Counted from the stretch's first letter, positions 25,295-39,700 are shown. The stretch: 64,000 nucleotides of DNA from Phoronis australis (GCA_002633005.1 NMRA01000002.1:2869194-2933193); one strand, 5' to 3'. Numbers and translations are program-made. The notes: generated from the letters alone by a model not told the origin.

Positions 25295-28200
25295 CTTTTA
25301 TTTATTTACATTACATAATAATAATACATTGATTAAAATTTGATTTCAATTAGGAGGCCTTGTAAAGGTTATTGACCGCTGATAAGAAGGTCCCCTGTAC
25401 AAGATAAACAAATGGAAATGCAAAAATCAGTAGGAATACTTAAGAAAACAGTGAATTTGTGCTGAAAACGACCGACACACCAGGAACCAAGAAGTAAACT
25501 GGCACAGCTCAGGAGATTTTGAGAATAAAATTAGATACTGTTACATATGAAGCAATTGGAAATATGACAAACTGGATCGTAGTTGCTAATAACAAAATTG
25601 GTTAAGAACCTGGAGAATGCTTGCAAAGAATGCGTTTTTATTATATTTAGAGCAGAGACTGGTATTTCGTTGTTGTTTATAAGTCGAGGAATCTGAAATC
25701 TAATACAGGCTCTTGATGACAATTTGTTGGACGGAGGAATTAAAATTTTGGGTTGTATTGTCGGTATAGTAGCTGAGTATTGATTCAGGTATGTAGGTGT
25801 TTTAATGTGTCTGGTTGGCTTATATTGGATGGGTTTACTAAAGAAGTTGTTAGTGTAAAAATACTTAGGAAGCTGATTATTGAGGAATTTGTAGTAAAAT
25901 TTTGCAGTTGAGATTTTAAAGATGTCTTGAACTAGAGGGAGGCGAAGTTCCTTACATATGGGCAGAGAGTGAGCATTATAACTGGAATTTGATATATTCC
26001 TAAGGATTCTTTTCTGGGCTGTNNNNNNNNNNNNNNNNNNNNNNNNNNNNNNNNNNNNNNNNNNNNNNNNNNNNNNNNNNNNNNNNNNNNNNNNNNNNNN
26101 NNNNNNNNNNNNNNNNNNNNNNNNNNNNNNNNNNNNNNNNNNNNNNNNNNNNNNNNNNNNNNNNNNNNNNNNNNNNNNNNNNNNNNNNNNNNNNNNNNNN
26201 NNNNNNNNNNNNNNNNNNNNNNNNNNNNNNNNNNNNNNNNNNNNNNNNNNNNNNNNNNNNNNNNNNNNNNNNNNNNNNNNNNNNNNNNNNNNNNNNNNNN
26301 NNNNNNNNNNNNNNNNNNNNNNNNNNNNNNNNNNNNNNNNNNNNNNNNNNNNNNNNNNNNNNNNNNNNNNNNNNNNNNNNNNNNNNNNNNNNNNNNNNNN
26401 NNNNNNNNNNNNNNNNNNNNNNNNNNNNNNNNNNNNNNNNNNNNNNNNNNNNNNNNNNNNNNNNNNNNNNNNNNNNNNNNNNNNNNNNNNNNNNNNNNNN
26501 NNNNNNNNNNNNNNNNNNNNNNNNNNNNNNNNNNNNNNNNNNNNNNNNNNNNNNNNNNNNNNNNNNNNNNNNNNNNNNNNNNNNNNNNNNNNNNNNNNNN
26601 NNNNNNNNNNNNNNNNNNNNNNNNNNNNNNNNNNNNNNNNNNNNNNNNNNNNNNNNNNNNNNNNNNNNNNNNNNNNNNNNNNNNNNNNNNNNNNNNNNNN
26701 NNNNNNNNNNNNNNNNNNNNNNNNNNNNNNNNNNNNNNNNNNNNNNNNNNNNNNNNNNNNNNNNNNNNNNNNNNNNNNNNNNNNNNNNNNNNNNNNNNNN
26801 NNNNNNNNNNNNNNNNNNNNNNNNNNNNNNNNNNNNNNNNNNNNNNNNNNNNNNNNNNNNNNNNNNNNNNNNNNNNNNNNNNNNNNNNNNNNNNNNNNNN
26901 NNNNNNNNNNNNNNNNNNNNNNNNNNNNNNNNNNNNNNNNNNNNNNNNNNNNNNNNNNNNNNNNNNNNNNNNNNNNNNNNNNNNNNNNNNNNNNNNNNNN
27001 NNGTGTATGTATGTGACCGTATGATGTTGATGTAAAGAAGTTATCTATTAAAGTTGCTGATGTGGGGCTAAGACGTGTAGGGTATGTAATTGAAGGTCTT
27101 AAATTGTGATTTGTCATAAAATCCAGGAATGTTTGAACTTTATTATTTGTTTGTGTCTCTAGAAGATTTAAGTTATAATCTCCACCTAAAATCAGTGTTT
27201 TACGCTGATTTTGAAGGTTTTCGATGATGGGACAGAACTCTTCAATAAACGAGTGAAGTTGGCGGTCTGTAAAAGTTACCGACGCAGATGCTTTTGTTGT
27301 TAATAGAGATAAAAGTGAGTAGGCCTTCGAACGTAGAATAAGTATCAAGAACTTGAATTTTTTTGACATGAAGATTATCATTTACGTAAGTGATAAGGCC
27401 ACCGTGTGTTGAACATAAGCTAGATGCAGGCTTAGAGTACATGTTGTAACCGTCAATTTGAAAGACTGAAAGGCAGCTGGTCGTGGTTAACCATGATTCT
27501 TGTATTAAGATAATGCCGAAAAATAATTCTTTAGAGTGAATGTTGTGCAGGAATGATTCAAACTGAGTGAATTTTGCGTTAAGTGATTGAATGTTAATAC
27601 TTAACACGGTTAGACTTGATTTATTTAGTTTAAGAAAGTTTTTAACTCCTTCTGTATCAAAAAAATGGGATTTGGTGAGCCTCGGTGCAACATTCAAGGG
27701 ACTTATATAAGAGACAGAAGTCTAGTGCATTCTCACCTCCATAACTAGATAATAGAGGAGCAGGATCAAGAGCTGCGCCAGCAGAAAACTGGCTTACGTT
27801 GGCCATAAATGGATATTTACATGTGTTATTCTTTGATTGGTCCTAGGATATCGGTCGTCATATAAGTTCATTGAAATAGCGCACATGAAAAATTCACAAG
27901 GGGTGGGTAAGATAAACAGATAAAAAGTTTAAACAAACTTATACAGATAAGATAGATACTGAGATACATACATGAAGCATTAGACATTTGGAAACTTTAA
28001 CATGTAAAATTACAAGTCAAATCCATGCATATATATAGATAGTAAACACTATTTGGATTAGCTATTCAGTGATAGATAAGTATCTAGAGTAGCTTCAGGC
28101 AGTCGATGGTAGCGACCCCAGTTGGTCTACATGTGTAATATTGATGAACTAACCTGATGATGCGGTGAGGGTGTATCTCCATAGACAGAGAGCGGGATTC

Positions 28201-31200
28201 AGTTTGACACTATACCCCGTGCTGGGTGTACACAAATTAGTCTTGTGACTGAACTTAGTGTTACATGAGACCATCCTGAATGAATAGAATCTAGCTTGGG
28301 ACCCAGGTCGCCATAGGTGTTCTGCAGTCAGTTTGCCAGAAATAGTTTCAACACTGTGCGTGCTGATACAATAGGTAATGAAAGTCGGAAACACAATCGG
28401 GATGTCGTTCGTGTAAGGTTTCCAGACTGCTGACCAAGCGCACCACAGGTGCCCAGTAATCATCAGCCGTACTAACTTACGTTTACGAACACTTGATAGG
28501 CCTACGAACATGGCCGTTCAGGTCTAACGAGGCAAACTCAGCAAGGAGCCAGGTTCAGAGAATTACCATTTAACGTCACTGAGTTAAAAGTGAGTTACTG
28601 GCATAGTGTGTACACTTCAGGGTTATGTTACGTAAGAGATACGAAAACACTGAAGATTGGTCAAACTCAATGAAGAAAATGGACATACTGTCGTCGAAGT
28701 AAACATCAGAGGCTAGTGCTGTTGGAATATAAACCACCGGGGGTGCTCATAGAATAACAGTGAGTCAACGGTAAAAGTGAAGCATAACTGGTTTACTATA
28801 CTGACAGGCTGGTGGAATAAATTTTGAACAGCAAAACATTATAATGTATGTGATACTTAACATACAGTGTATTGGCATGATATGAGTCCAGCTTAAAGAA
28901 ACATGCAAGTGCAACTCGCTCAAGCTGTCAGAAATGACAGTGCACAATTACTAGGTAATTATGTTTAACTTACAATGACAGTGCATAATTACTAGGTAAT
29001 TATGTTTAACTTACAATGACAGTGCATAATGACTAGGTAATTATGTTTAACTTACAATGACAGTGCATAATTACTAGGTAATTATGTTTAACTTACAATG
29101 ACAGTGCATAATTACTTGGTAATTATGTTTAACTTACAATGACAGTGCATGATTACTTGGTAATTATGTTTAACTTACAATGACAGTGCATGATTACTTG
29201 GTAATTATGTTTAACTTACAATGACAGTGCATGATTACTAGGTAATTATGTTTAACTTACAATGACAGTGCATAATTACTAGGTAATTATGTTTAACTTA
29301 CAATAACAGTGCATAATTACTTGGTAATTATGTTTAACTTACAATGACAGTGCATAATTACTAGGTAATTATGTTTAACTTACAATGACAGTGCATAACT
29401 ACTAGGTAATTATGTTTAACTTACAATGACAGTGCATAACTACTAGGTAATTACAATGACAGTGTGAGAAATGTCCTGCACTGGATCTATGATCTGCGGG
29501 ATGTCAGCTTCAGTGACTACGTGCACTATTCGCTTGTCATTCATTTTCAGGAATATTTCACCATCAGTTGTCCAAGTTTTCTCGCAAGGACTGTTTCTAT
29601 CATTACACATTTGGCAGCATTTGTAAAACAAGGCTGATCGTCGCTTAGTTAGACTTTCACTGATGAAGATCTTGTCACCGGCCAGAAGTTTGCGTTTTTT
29701 GATAAAGGTTAGACGATCGCTATAAGAAATGAATTTGCAGATAAGGTTTCAAGTTTTATTTGCTGATGGTTTACCTAGTCTGTGGGCTCTGCTTATGTCT
29801 TTGCGTGTTAGGTTGATGTCTATCTTCTTGCCAATATTAATAACCTTGCTAGTAACGTCCTCGTTGTCGTCTTTGATTCCTCTTATGATGACACATTCTC
29901 TTCTGCTGTATTGTTCTTGTAAATCCAGGTTAACTTTGAGTTGATCCACTTCAGCTTTCAATGATACAATCTCACTGTCTTTCTTACGTATGATATCCTC
30001 GTATTTCGCCGTGATGGTTGCAATATGTGGTTCAATAAATTTAGAGTACAGGGCGTGTTGAATCTTGTCATTTGAGAACGCCCTCAGAAGCGCTTCAACA
30101 AGATTTTCATCTTCTTCCCCATCTGTGTAACTTTGCAGGCGTGTTTTACTTCTTGTTGTTGAAGTCATAGTTAGATGAGTTAGTCGAGATATTGAGGAAA
30201 ATGAGGTATATGCAGAAAATTTGACGAGCAATTCGAGTTAGCTTTTCGCGCTCAAACACATCACGTGATTTTTTGAGATCACCAAGTGCTAAATAAAAGA
30301 TGTTCTGCTTTACTGCTTAGTTACAATGCACTCCTACATTGTTACATGAACTCTAATGACACGCACGCGCTCGATTTCTCACACAATACGCAGACGAACT
30401 TCAAAACAAATGTCACGTGACAACAACGTGTGTTCATCCAGAGATTTTTCTCGTGTTGCGGAGTACCATCAAGCGCAGGTTTGGACTTAATATGCAGTTA
30501 ATCCCGACTCCACAGGAATTTAAAAATCTTAGGGACGCTACTTTGAAAACGGGGAAGGCTTCAGGTAATTTGTTGAGTCGCAACTACATTTTCACTCAAG
30601 AATTCAACTTGACCTATTGGCGACCACGAGGTAGCGACTTATCAGTTGGCGAGTTTTCGCTCTGGGAATTTCTGAAAAATGCTCGTAATTAAACAATAAA
30701 GTTTGATAGCAATGCACTGCAATTTTGTAGAAACTCTGTCATAAGTTATACATCACAGAGTGTAAATTTGTTGAATTCTAGCTTACGAATTCACCTGTTT
30801 CAGAGACTGGGTTTCAACCACTTTTGGGCTGTAATAAGCGCCCCTCTTCCTGAACTAAATTTTTCTAAGCGCCTAGGCGCTTATTAGGGTGAATACAGTA
30901 ATTAAAAAGATATTAAAAAATTAAAAAATGGCAACAAAAGTAAACAAATAATTTGAAGCATGGTTCCTAACCACTGAACCGTTACCTTAACTCATATCTG
31001 CCATTTTTTTCAATTAAAACACAACATTATCTATAAGTTGACTGGAAGTCTATCAATGTTCACTCACTGAAACATCGTCAAGCTCAGCATCATTATTCAT
31101 TTCCAGAATTTAAATAAATGCAGTCGTCGTTAATCATTTTCTCAACCAACATCTCGTAACCTGACATTGACTCATCCGACATAATTCTGTCTTGACTGTC

Positions 31201-33710
31201 ATGTTGTATCCGTCTACTAGCCAAGGTGCTTGGGTTGTAATTAAAACTGATGAAGTCAAGCATCATTTTGGGAGTTATCTCCACCCTGTTCAGCTTCTTA
31301 TCGAGCTGCTCGAGCAGATATGTCACGTACCCGTTATTGTTTGTATTTGATTGGTTCTGCAGTAATTGGCTCCTTGAGGTTGTCACATGCTGTGGGATGG
31401 ACACCTGCGATGGTGCAGGTGATCGTCCTTGAACAGATATAGCCTGGGTAAGAGCTATGTCTTCTTTATCAACTGGAAGACGATGACAATTAGGGGAGAT
31501 TGGCAGATTGCTTAGTGTGTCGAACTTGTTCTTTAGCTTTTTCTCAATAGCCTCTTGGTGTTTGGTGTTGGGTAACGTTGCTTGGTGATTCCTTGACTTT
31601 TCTAAGGGGTTCATCAACCCCCGATTCCCCAAAGTAATAATGCTGTCCAACGACTGTTCCGTGACCTAGATTAATTAATTAAATATCAATATAGAGTTTG
31701 TTCTTGATTTAATTTACCTTTGAAAATGTATCTTTGTCTACTTTTAGAACATGTGTTGTTACAGTACTTAAAACTTGTCTTGCTCAACAAAGCTTATTTG
31801 CTTACATTTGCTGTAAGTACAACTTAAATAAGTCAAGTCCAACCGGACCTAGAGACTTGATGCAAGTATATCTGACTAGCCAAGTATTCAAACTGGAATA
31901 ACCGTGCTATTTGACATTATTCAAGTTCAGCGAAGGTCTGATTTTTGTAAGTCTTGACCTTGGGAGATTCCATCAATTTTTTCAAAACAAACCTCTCATA
32001 CATTGTATATGTACCAAAGGGCCTGCCGCAGCAAATCACAGGGTAGCTAGCGATCGGCAAGCACGTTATGCAGTGGCAAGATTGGGAACCCTGCATGATT
32101 TCTGACCCACTTCATTAGTGGTGGATTGAAGAGGGTGGAGGTCCTTTTATTATGTACTGTATTAAAGATATGTTCTAAAAAGATCGAGATAATCGCCCTT
32201 GGTCTGGGCAAGTGTTTTATTGTTGGATCCATCGACAGGACTAACTGTTACCTACTTTGGAAAGAGTCAGCTGGTTCAGCCGTATGTCCTGCATGTCAGA
32301 TGTCACGTCACTTTTTTGGGCTGCGTTAATGGTGAATACGTCTTCTTTATTCTTCATTTGTATTTGCTCGCGAATCGAAGTCGATTGCACTTCATCCATA
32401 TTCACATGCATTGTATTTGCATTCATGGGGCTTTGTGTTTCATCGGTCGCCGTCTTCATCACTTTTTGGGTGTCTGTCCGATTGACTGTTAAAGCTTTTG
32501 TTACCGCGGGCTGTGGCCCCAATGTCTTCTCTGTTTGCAGTGAGAGCGGAATGAATTGAGTGTTGCGCTTATTTGAAGTGGATTCTTTCATTGACCTGCT
32601 ATTGGTGCTCGAAAGGGGTTTCTGGGATTTAGCACATTTCTCTTTGGTGATCTGTTTTTTGATATTTGACGTGTGCCTGTCGTACTTTGAACTCTGAAAA
32701 AAAATTGTTTTAGCAACTAGAGTGACCTTTTTGATACAGCACATTTTCATTTTAAAGACATGGCAAGATCTCACCAATGTAGGACACAATACTTCAGCCA
32801 AGCAAAATTTCAGTTTTTCAATTGAGAAAGGCAATTTTGACAATTACTTCGTCCAAAATAGGTGAGATTTTTTCCATACTCTATTTTGAGCCGATTTATC
32901 TCAACCCTTTTCAAATAGCAAAATGTATCAAAGTGGTCACACTAAGTTATGTATTGTGACGTTGAAACTAGAAGTGTGTTGTCTAATGCCGATCAGGGTA
33001 TTAGTTCACTATACACAGAGTTGAATCTACTTCTGTGATTCATCTGCAAGCTATCTGATGATTCACGAACAATGTACGGTAGGTTTTATTGTGAAGTCAC
33101 TTGAATGAAACTATCTAGAAATGTTCAGCAAATGATTTGTGACAAAATATCAGAACTAGGGAAGGATTTGCAACAAATTTAGTTTTGGTTACTTGTGACG
33201 GGTTTTCTAATCCGGTTGATTACACGTTGTGTATGCGAACTTGCAAGTATTCAGGAGTTTGGTGAAAGTTTGGATTCAACTGGAGAGGGCTCAGTTCTTG
33301 AGTGCTGTTGGCTTGCACGGGAACTTTATCTTTCGTTCTGACTAAATATTCTTAACCAGACTGACTGTGGAACAACTTGCCAAATAGTCTAAAGGAGGCT
33401 GAAAGTTAGATGATTTCAGACACCAACTCATTAGTTACCTGTGATTGTCATACCTGTCCCCCCCTTTTTGTCACTCCATTGTATATACCATATAAAAGTT
33501 TTTATTTATTTATTAATTTAGTTTTAATTCAGCATGTGAATCCAAACTGTAAATACTGTTTAATTTAATGTAACTTAATTTAGTTTATTTATCTGTTTAT
33601 CTCTCCTAATTTATTTAATTTTTGCTGCATAGGACCATGCTGTATATTAGCCTTTGGCTAAAGCATGTTTTATACCTGTTGTATTTGATCCTTTATTAAT
33701 AAAGTTTATC

Positions 33711-33780
<70 letters not shown>

Positions 33781-36700
33781 GCTGCTGCTGCTGCTGCTGC
33801 TGTTGCTATTATTATTACTGTGAATAATTTTTAGAACTTCAAAACAATACTATAAACAGCTGATTCCCTTAGCAAAATGAGTGAGTTGAAAAACAGTAGG
33901 GTTTTGGATTGCTGGAAAACTTTGGTGTGAGATTTGATTTGATTGATAAGTTGCATGTGTACAAGCCAGGCGAGCATAACAAGCTTTCAAAAAGTGTCGA
34001 TTTTCACTAGGAGAGGACAACTCTTTGCTTGAAATTTACTTGAATTTTTTTTTGAAAAATTACTATTTGCACTGGCATTATAGGAGTAGGAGTACACATA
34101 ACCTTCAGACTGTGTTGTAAAGTATTCTACATTTAATGTTGTTTGGTACTGACATTATAAAATAGCAAATTGTACAATCGATGTTAGTTAAATGATATTA
34201 ATAATTAAGTTAATAATGAAACTTGACATGAAAAAAATCACCTTTCCACCATACAGCACCTTAAATTGGAAAATTGTGAATGTCAGTATTTGAGTTGAAG
34301 GTCTGCTATAATTTATAATGTATGGTTATTCTTTACTGATTCAGCGAGCAATATGATCAATAATTGAAATTGTCTTTAGTCACATTTCTCCACAAAAATA
34401 GAGATTAAGGAGAATTTAACCCATTGCTAGCACGGTTTGTGCTGTGGAGAGGTCATAAAACAGTTTTTGGTAATTTTTTACAGGAAAGTTATCAACCTTT
34501 GAAAAATGAAAAATTGACACTTTTGAGTTTTTGTGAAACGAGTAGAGAATTACGATTTTGCTTTTATATTCATATAACTTGCCATGGGTAGTCTCTTATC
34601 CTATTGATAGCATCAAATGCTGGACTATTTTTGTTGTTTGAAATGAGGAAGGATGTGCGATCTGATGAGTCATCTGCTATGATGTCATCGACTTATTTTG
34701 TTGAACTGCTTGTGTTGGGTTTTTAATAGGTCATGGCACGTCATTTGTAGATAGATAGATTGGGGTTTATTTGGTAAATACAGTGGAGCCCAATTAATGA
34801 CTTATTAGATTATAGAATGTCCCCGTTATTGTCATGGAATGTCAAAAAACGTATCATTTATGATTAAACCCAAGGCATGTAGATTAACCCACAGTGTCAT
34901 AAATTATTGCCCTATTACCAGATATTGTCATTAAAAAAATCAGCAAAAATTGACGCTGTAATAATATAAAATATAATAATGTAATAATATAATAATATAA
35001 AAATGTGAAACATCCAAAATTAAATAAAATACTAGCTCATGAAATAACTGACCTTGACATTCAACAGGTTGGGTGAGGTTGTCAAGGTATAACTGATCGT
35101 TTCATCGCACAAACAAGCAAAGATTTTGCTGTGAGATTGCCAAACCCTTTTTCTGTTATTTCACTAAAACTTGGCCATTACCTGCCAATGTGCACAGAAT
35201 ACTTCTGAAACTCTTCCATGCCATGTCACAAAGGGAATCTTTTGGTTCAGGTTGGTCACTCCTTCCCCAATTTAACTCACCCAAAGCATTAGTCTCGTTA
35301 GACAGTTTTGCAGAATTAGTTGGGAATAATCGTGCAAGTTTTTGGCGAAGGTACTGGTTGCCTGTGAGTGCAGCACTTGTTGTTGCCTGGTTTCCTGCTT
35401 TAACAATAGATGGCCTGGCAACTACCTGTTTAGATCTCATATCTAAGTTCAGGGCAACTAGGTTAAAGTTTAAGCATATATTTTGGCAATAAGAAGGTGC
35501 TTTTACGTGTCAACAGCGTTGACTGACATGACAGGCGTGGCAATAGCCAATCAGAGCTTACCTGATTCTAGTGGAAGAGTCAGCTCTGGTTGGATGACTT
35601 GGGGGTGTAATGGTTAGGTACTGGACTGACAATCTAAAGGTCTGTATTTCAATCCCAGTTCCAATCCCAGCTTGCGCTAAGAAACCAACAAAGAAGTCCA
35701 TACACTCGTGCGTATTCTTCTAAGAGCACTATAACACTTGGAGATGACTGGAAAAATAAAACGACGAAATGTCATGCCAATGTAAATAGAGCGGTAGATT
35801 TTTGAAATGATGATTGTTCTTCCATAGACTTCATGACTTCATGGGATAGATTTTCTATTTTCAGAGGCAAAAAAAGATGAAAGAGCTGGAAAAGGAAATG
35901 GAGGAGGCAGCCATTACAGAGAGTAAACAGAATAAGCTCAGACTGGTGAGTTTATTACGCACTAAAATCTGCATCCCAAATTCAAATCTCATTCCCATAG
36001 AGGTAAAAGGCAATGTTGTTACTGACCTGGTTTTTGAAAGGTTGGTCTGCTAAACGGACTGGAAATTTACGATATATCATGCCCCACCTGGCTGATCAAA
36101 TTTGTGTGCCAGCAGTGGAACTCGCTGTGCAACAATGAAACTTAACCAGTTTGAGAATGGCAATTTTTTATATCATCTTTGTTTTAAAATAATGAGGTGC
36201 ATGACAGGAGGGTAGAACGTTGGGGCGAGTGATCTTCAGTGCAAATATTGCAGAACCATAGAGGGCGGTGTGGTATTTCAAAATGTCATTATTGTTCATC
36301 CAGGTAAAGTACTTGATGTGAAAATTTGTCAGAACAGCTGCAGTGGCCATTTAAATTTTAACAGGCATGGAAGTTTTGCTATTCCCCTGTCCTACACAGC
36401 AGACATGGAATTTTTAATAATTTCCTGGTAGTTTCTGCGTATTATCTGATACTGTGTAAAGTGTACATTGATTAAATCTGCTACGTAAACATCCTATGTT
36501 ATTGTATTATGTTGTTTTCTATTGTTATCTGTTATTGCTTCATTATTGTATTATGTTATTTTCTATTGTTATCTGTTATTGCTCCATTATTGTTTTTATA
36601 ATTGATATAAATTTCTGTTTGTTGGTAGTCAGCTTGTGGTGGCCTGTGCTTTTGCTGGCCATTATGTTTCCCTCCGTCCCGCTCCCTTCTCCCTCCCTCC

Positions 36701-39700
36701 TCCCTCTCTCTCTCCCTCCCTCCCNCCCTTTCTCCCTTGCTCTCTCTCTCTCAGTGGACCGAGTCGGACAACTCTGTTACATCATAAACTGTCACAGTTC
36801 TCAAATTTTGGCAGTTTGTGCCGACTTTCGAAGCCCAAGCTGCCATAATTTTTTGTTGTGACAATTTGTAGTTTGTGGAATTACATAAACTCAAAAACTG
36901 TCGTAGTTCAAAAAGCAGCCTTCAACAACATCAGAAATGACTATTTTAAGCCCCATGAGTAAGTGCAGTAACTGGGTGCACTGTAGGATGTGATTAACAG
37001 ACAATTGTTTGCATTTTGCACCCTCCACTTGCCTTGAGTTTCTCAACTCTCCCAATTGTCAGCCATTTTCATGCTAGGGAACTGAGTCACCCATCCCCCA
37101 AGATTTGGTGAACGCATACAAACCATCTCTCTACCCATTTGTATTTTGATTGTATTCTGTCAATTTGTGCTCTGAAGGTCTGTCAAACTGTTGGAATTAA
37201 AGAGCTATAACGAATTGTCAGAAAACAACAACAGTTAATACTATGAAGGTCTACACAAACTATCTGAAGATTGCGACATTTTGTAGTCTCACACAGCTCT
37301 GTAACATTACGAAATTTTTTAAGCGAGTTCCTGATTTCTTGCCAATTTTTCTTCATCTCTGCTTGCGCTCGTTTTCTACAGCTTGTTTTCATTTTCCCAG
37401 AATTCAGAGATCATTCAGACGGTGTTCCTGACCTACTTCCGCATTCTGAAGAATGCCACCAGATCTGCCCTTTTGTCATCGGTTCTGGAGGGATTGTCCA
37501 AGTATGTAGATTTGGTAGTTTGTCAAGCTTGATATCTGGCGTGCACATTTATTCATGTCTGCGTGTACATCTGATCCATTTTTTGATGTGTACAGTTTCT
37601 GTCTTACAATTGACTTGTTAACTGTTTAACAGTCTTCAGAAGTGATGTACTACAGCCAGGCACTGTTCATTATACCAAATGTGAAGAATGGGAAGGTGAT
37701 TTCTAAAGAGGGATGTCCAAAATGAATTTCCCACTTTCTTATGGTGCCCACAAATAATGATGTGACGGCGTGACTCTAAGTCAAATTGTTGTTGTAGTAT
37801 GGTATGTTACTGTGGAAACGTTGGTCTGAAGTGAAGTTTTTGTATCTTACATCATGACTAACTTTTTTGTTCCGGACTGGCCAATGAACTCTCAAAGGTT
37901 CTGTTAACAAGTTAAGACAGACACTAATGCTTTCTTGCTTTCTTTACCTGGACATCAAAATACTGAACACGGCGTCGTAGATATGGTGTCTTAATTTAAG
38001 TGAGGGTGTCAATTTGGATGACTTTTAGGTGAATGGGTTGGAAGGTTATCTGCAGTATCAGTAATGTGAAATTATGAAGAAGGGGTTCACACAAACTTTT
38101 TTCACATCCAGATCACTTTTGTCAACTAACGTTGCAGCAAGAATTTTGATTTTTTTAATGCATGGATTTTTGTCATTTACATAGTTTTGTAAGTCTAATG
38201 TTCTATAACTGATGCGTAAGTGATAGGATTCAGTTAAACAATTTAAGTACTGCAGTTGCTTATGGTTTGTTCCTATTTAATATAAAATGAGTTAAGGATC
38301 GCGTTTGAATTAATTATTGACACAAACTTCCCATGAATTGATGTTGTACAGGTTTGCTCACCTCATCAACTTGGACTTCTTTCATGACCTGTTCACTGTA
38401 CTCAATGACCTCATCGATGGACAGGTACGTGTGAAGATAAGTTCACTACATATTTGAAACAAGGGTTTAAGGTAACTGTGATGCTTGTTTACCAGGTTAT
38501 ACTTATGTGCAAATGCCTTAATTTCTGTTAGCTCTAATCTCTGAAAAGTGAATAAATTTCCTAACAAAATTAATTTTATTTACTTGTCTTTATTTTTTAC
38601 AAGATATGCCTTTTTAGTAAACAAAAATACTTGACTTTGAACAGAAAAGCCTTCAAAAATCAAGAGTATGGCCGTTTTTACTCATAATACTTTGAAAAGT
38701 CGATAATTAAGGATTAAGACCTATTTCCAAAATCTGAGACAAGGTTCCCTCAAAAATGCCATTATCAACATGTTGACAAAAAACATGATTGGAGAAACAA
38801 TATTTTTAAAATCTGTTCAACAAAATGAAAAAAAATTACTGAAAAACGCATATCTCGTGAAAAAAGGTAAGTAAATAAGGTTAATACATTATGTTAGGAA
38901 ATTTAGTCACTTCAGAAAATATATTACTTTGTAGGGGTTAGAGCTAACTGAATTTGATATATTTGCATATAAGTACAACCTGGTAAACAAGGTTCACAGT
39001 TACCTTTATATTCAGTGCTAGTTTGACAAATGTTGAGTACTGTGCCTGGAAACAATTTGGAGATAACTACATTATAGATTTACAAGATGGAAAATGATCC
39101 CCAACGTTTTGAATGTACTGCAGTATTCTTTTTCAAGGGAATAAAAAGTGTAGGGCTTACATAGACCAAAAGTCCTAAGAAACCCAAATGTGATTGGCAG
39201 TGAAAGAACCTAAAGTGATTGGCCAGTAGTTCTTTCACTGCCAGTCACATTGGGTTTCCTAGAAGGTTTAGTCTATATAAGTCTACAGTCTTTTAAGTCA
39301 CCATTCACTACTTGCTCACTTGGTGGCACTGCAAGAATGACTGTTGTGCACTGTTACTTAAGACAGAATGCCTCCTTTTAGCATCTATTTTAAAAATTTA
39401 AACAATGCAAGTGTGAAAGCATGCGTGTCCCAAACATGAAGAACCATTATGTAGTTTGGACTCAGCGCGTCATTTTCAAGCGTAATGGTGGATTCGTGCG
39501 AGTAGTGAATCCCCATGAAAAAGAATTTTGCAGTTTTTTGAAACGTCGGGATCATTTTTAGATTCTTGTATATTTTAATTTTTACATGGTGCACCAAAAG
39601 ATCTCGGCACTTACAGTTTTAATTCACGGTGAAATCTCTGCGCCAGAATATTATAAAGATTTACTTGGAGCACCGTCATTTTGTCACTGGAGGTAGTAAG

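Larger units (their letters stand above)
25263..30260 (-). mobile_element. Near full-length, decayed CR1/L2-group non-LTR retrotransposon
   Basis: ORF1 and APE-containing ORF2 in the same orientation; 3' UTR with AATAAA followed by a (CT)n tail at ~25263-25288; 5' boundary approximate. Confidence 0.88.
24658..30898. mobile_element. Tc1/pogo-like MITE (~1.2 kb) interrupted by a LINE
   Basis: TA-CCGTATTCGCCCTAATAAGCG ... CGCTTATTAGGGTGAATACAG-TA; TA target duplication. Confidence 0.8.

Noticed and set aside
25531-27381. 616-aa intact ORF
   Set aside because: Spans 980 Ns; its N-terminus is the wrong frame of a frameshifted ORF2
28933-29464. CRISPR array
   Set aside because: Units are head-to-tail with no unique spacers, there are no cas genes, and the context is a eukaryotic LINE
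36496-36861. 121-aa hydrophobic ORF
   Set aside because: Derived from TATTGT and CT low-complexity repeats and crosses an n
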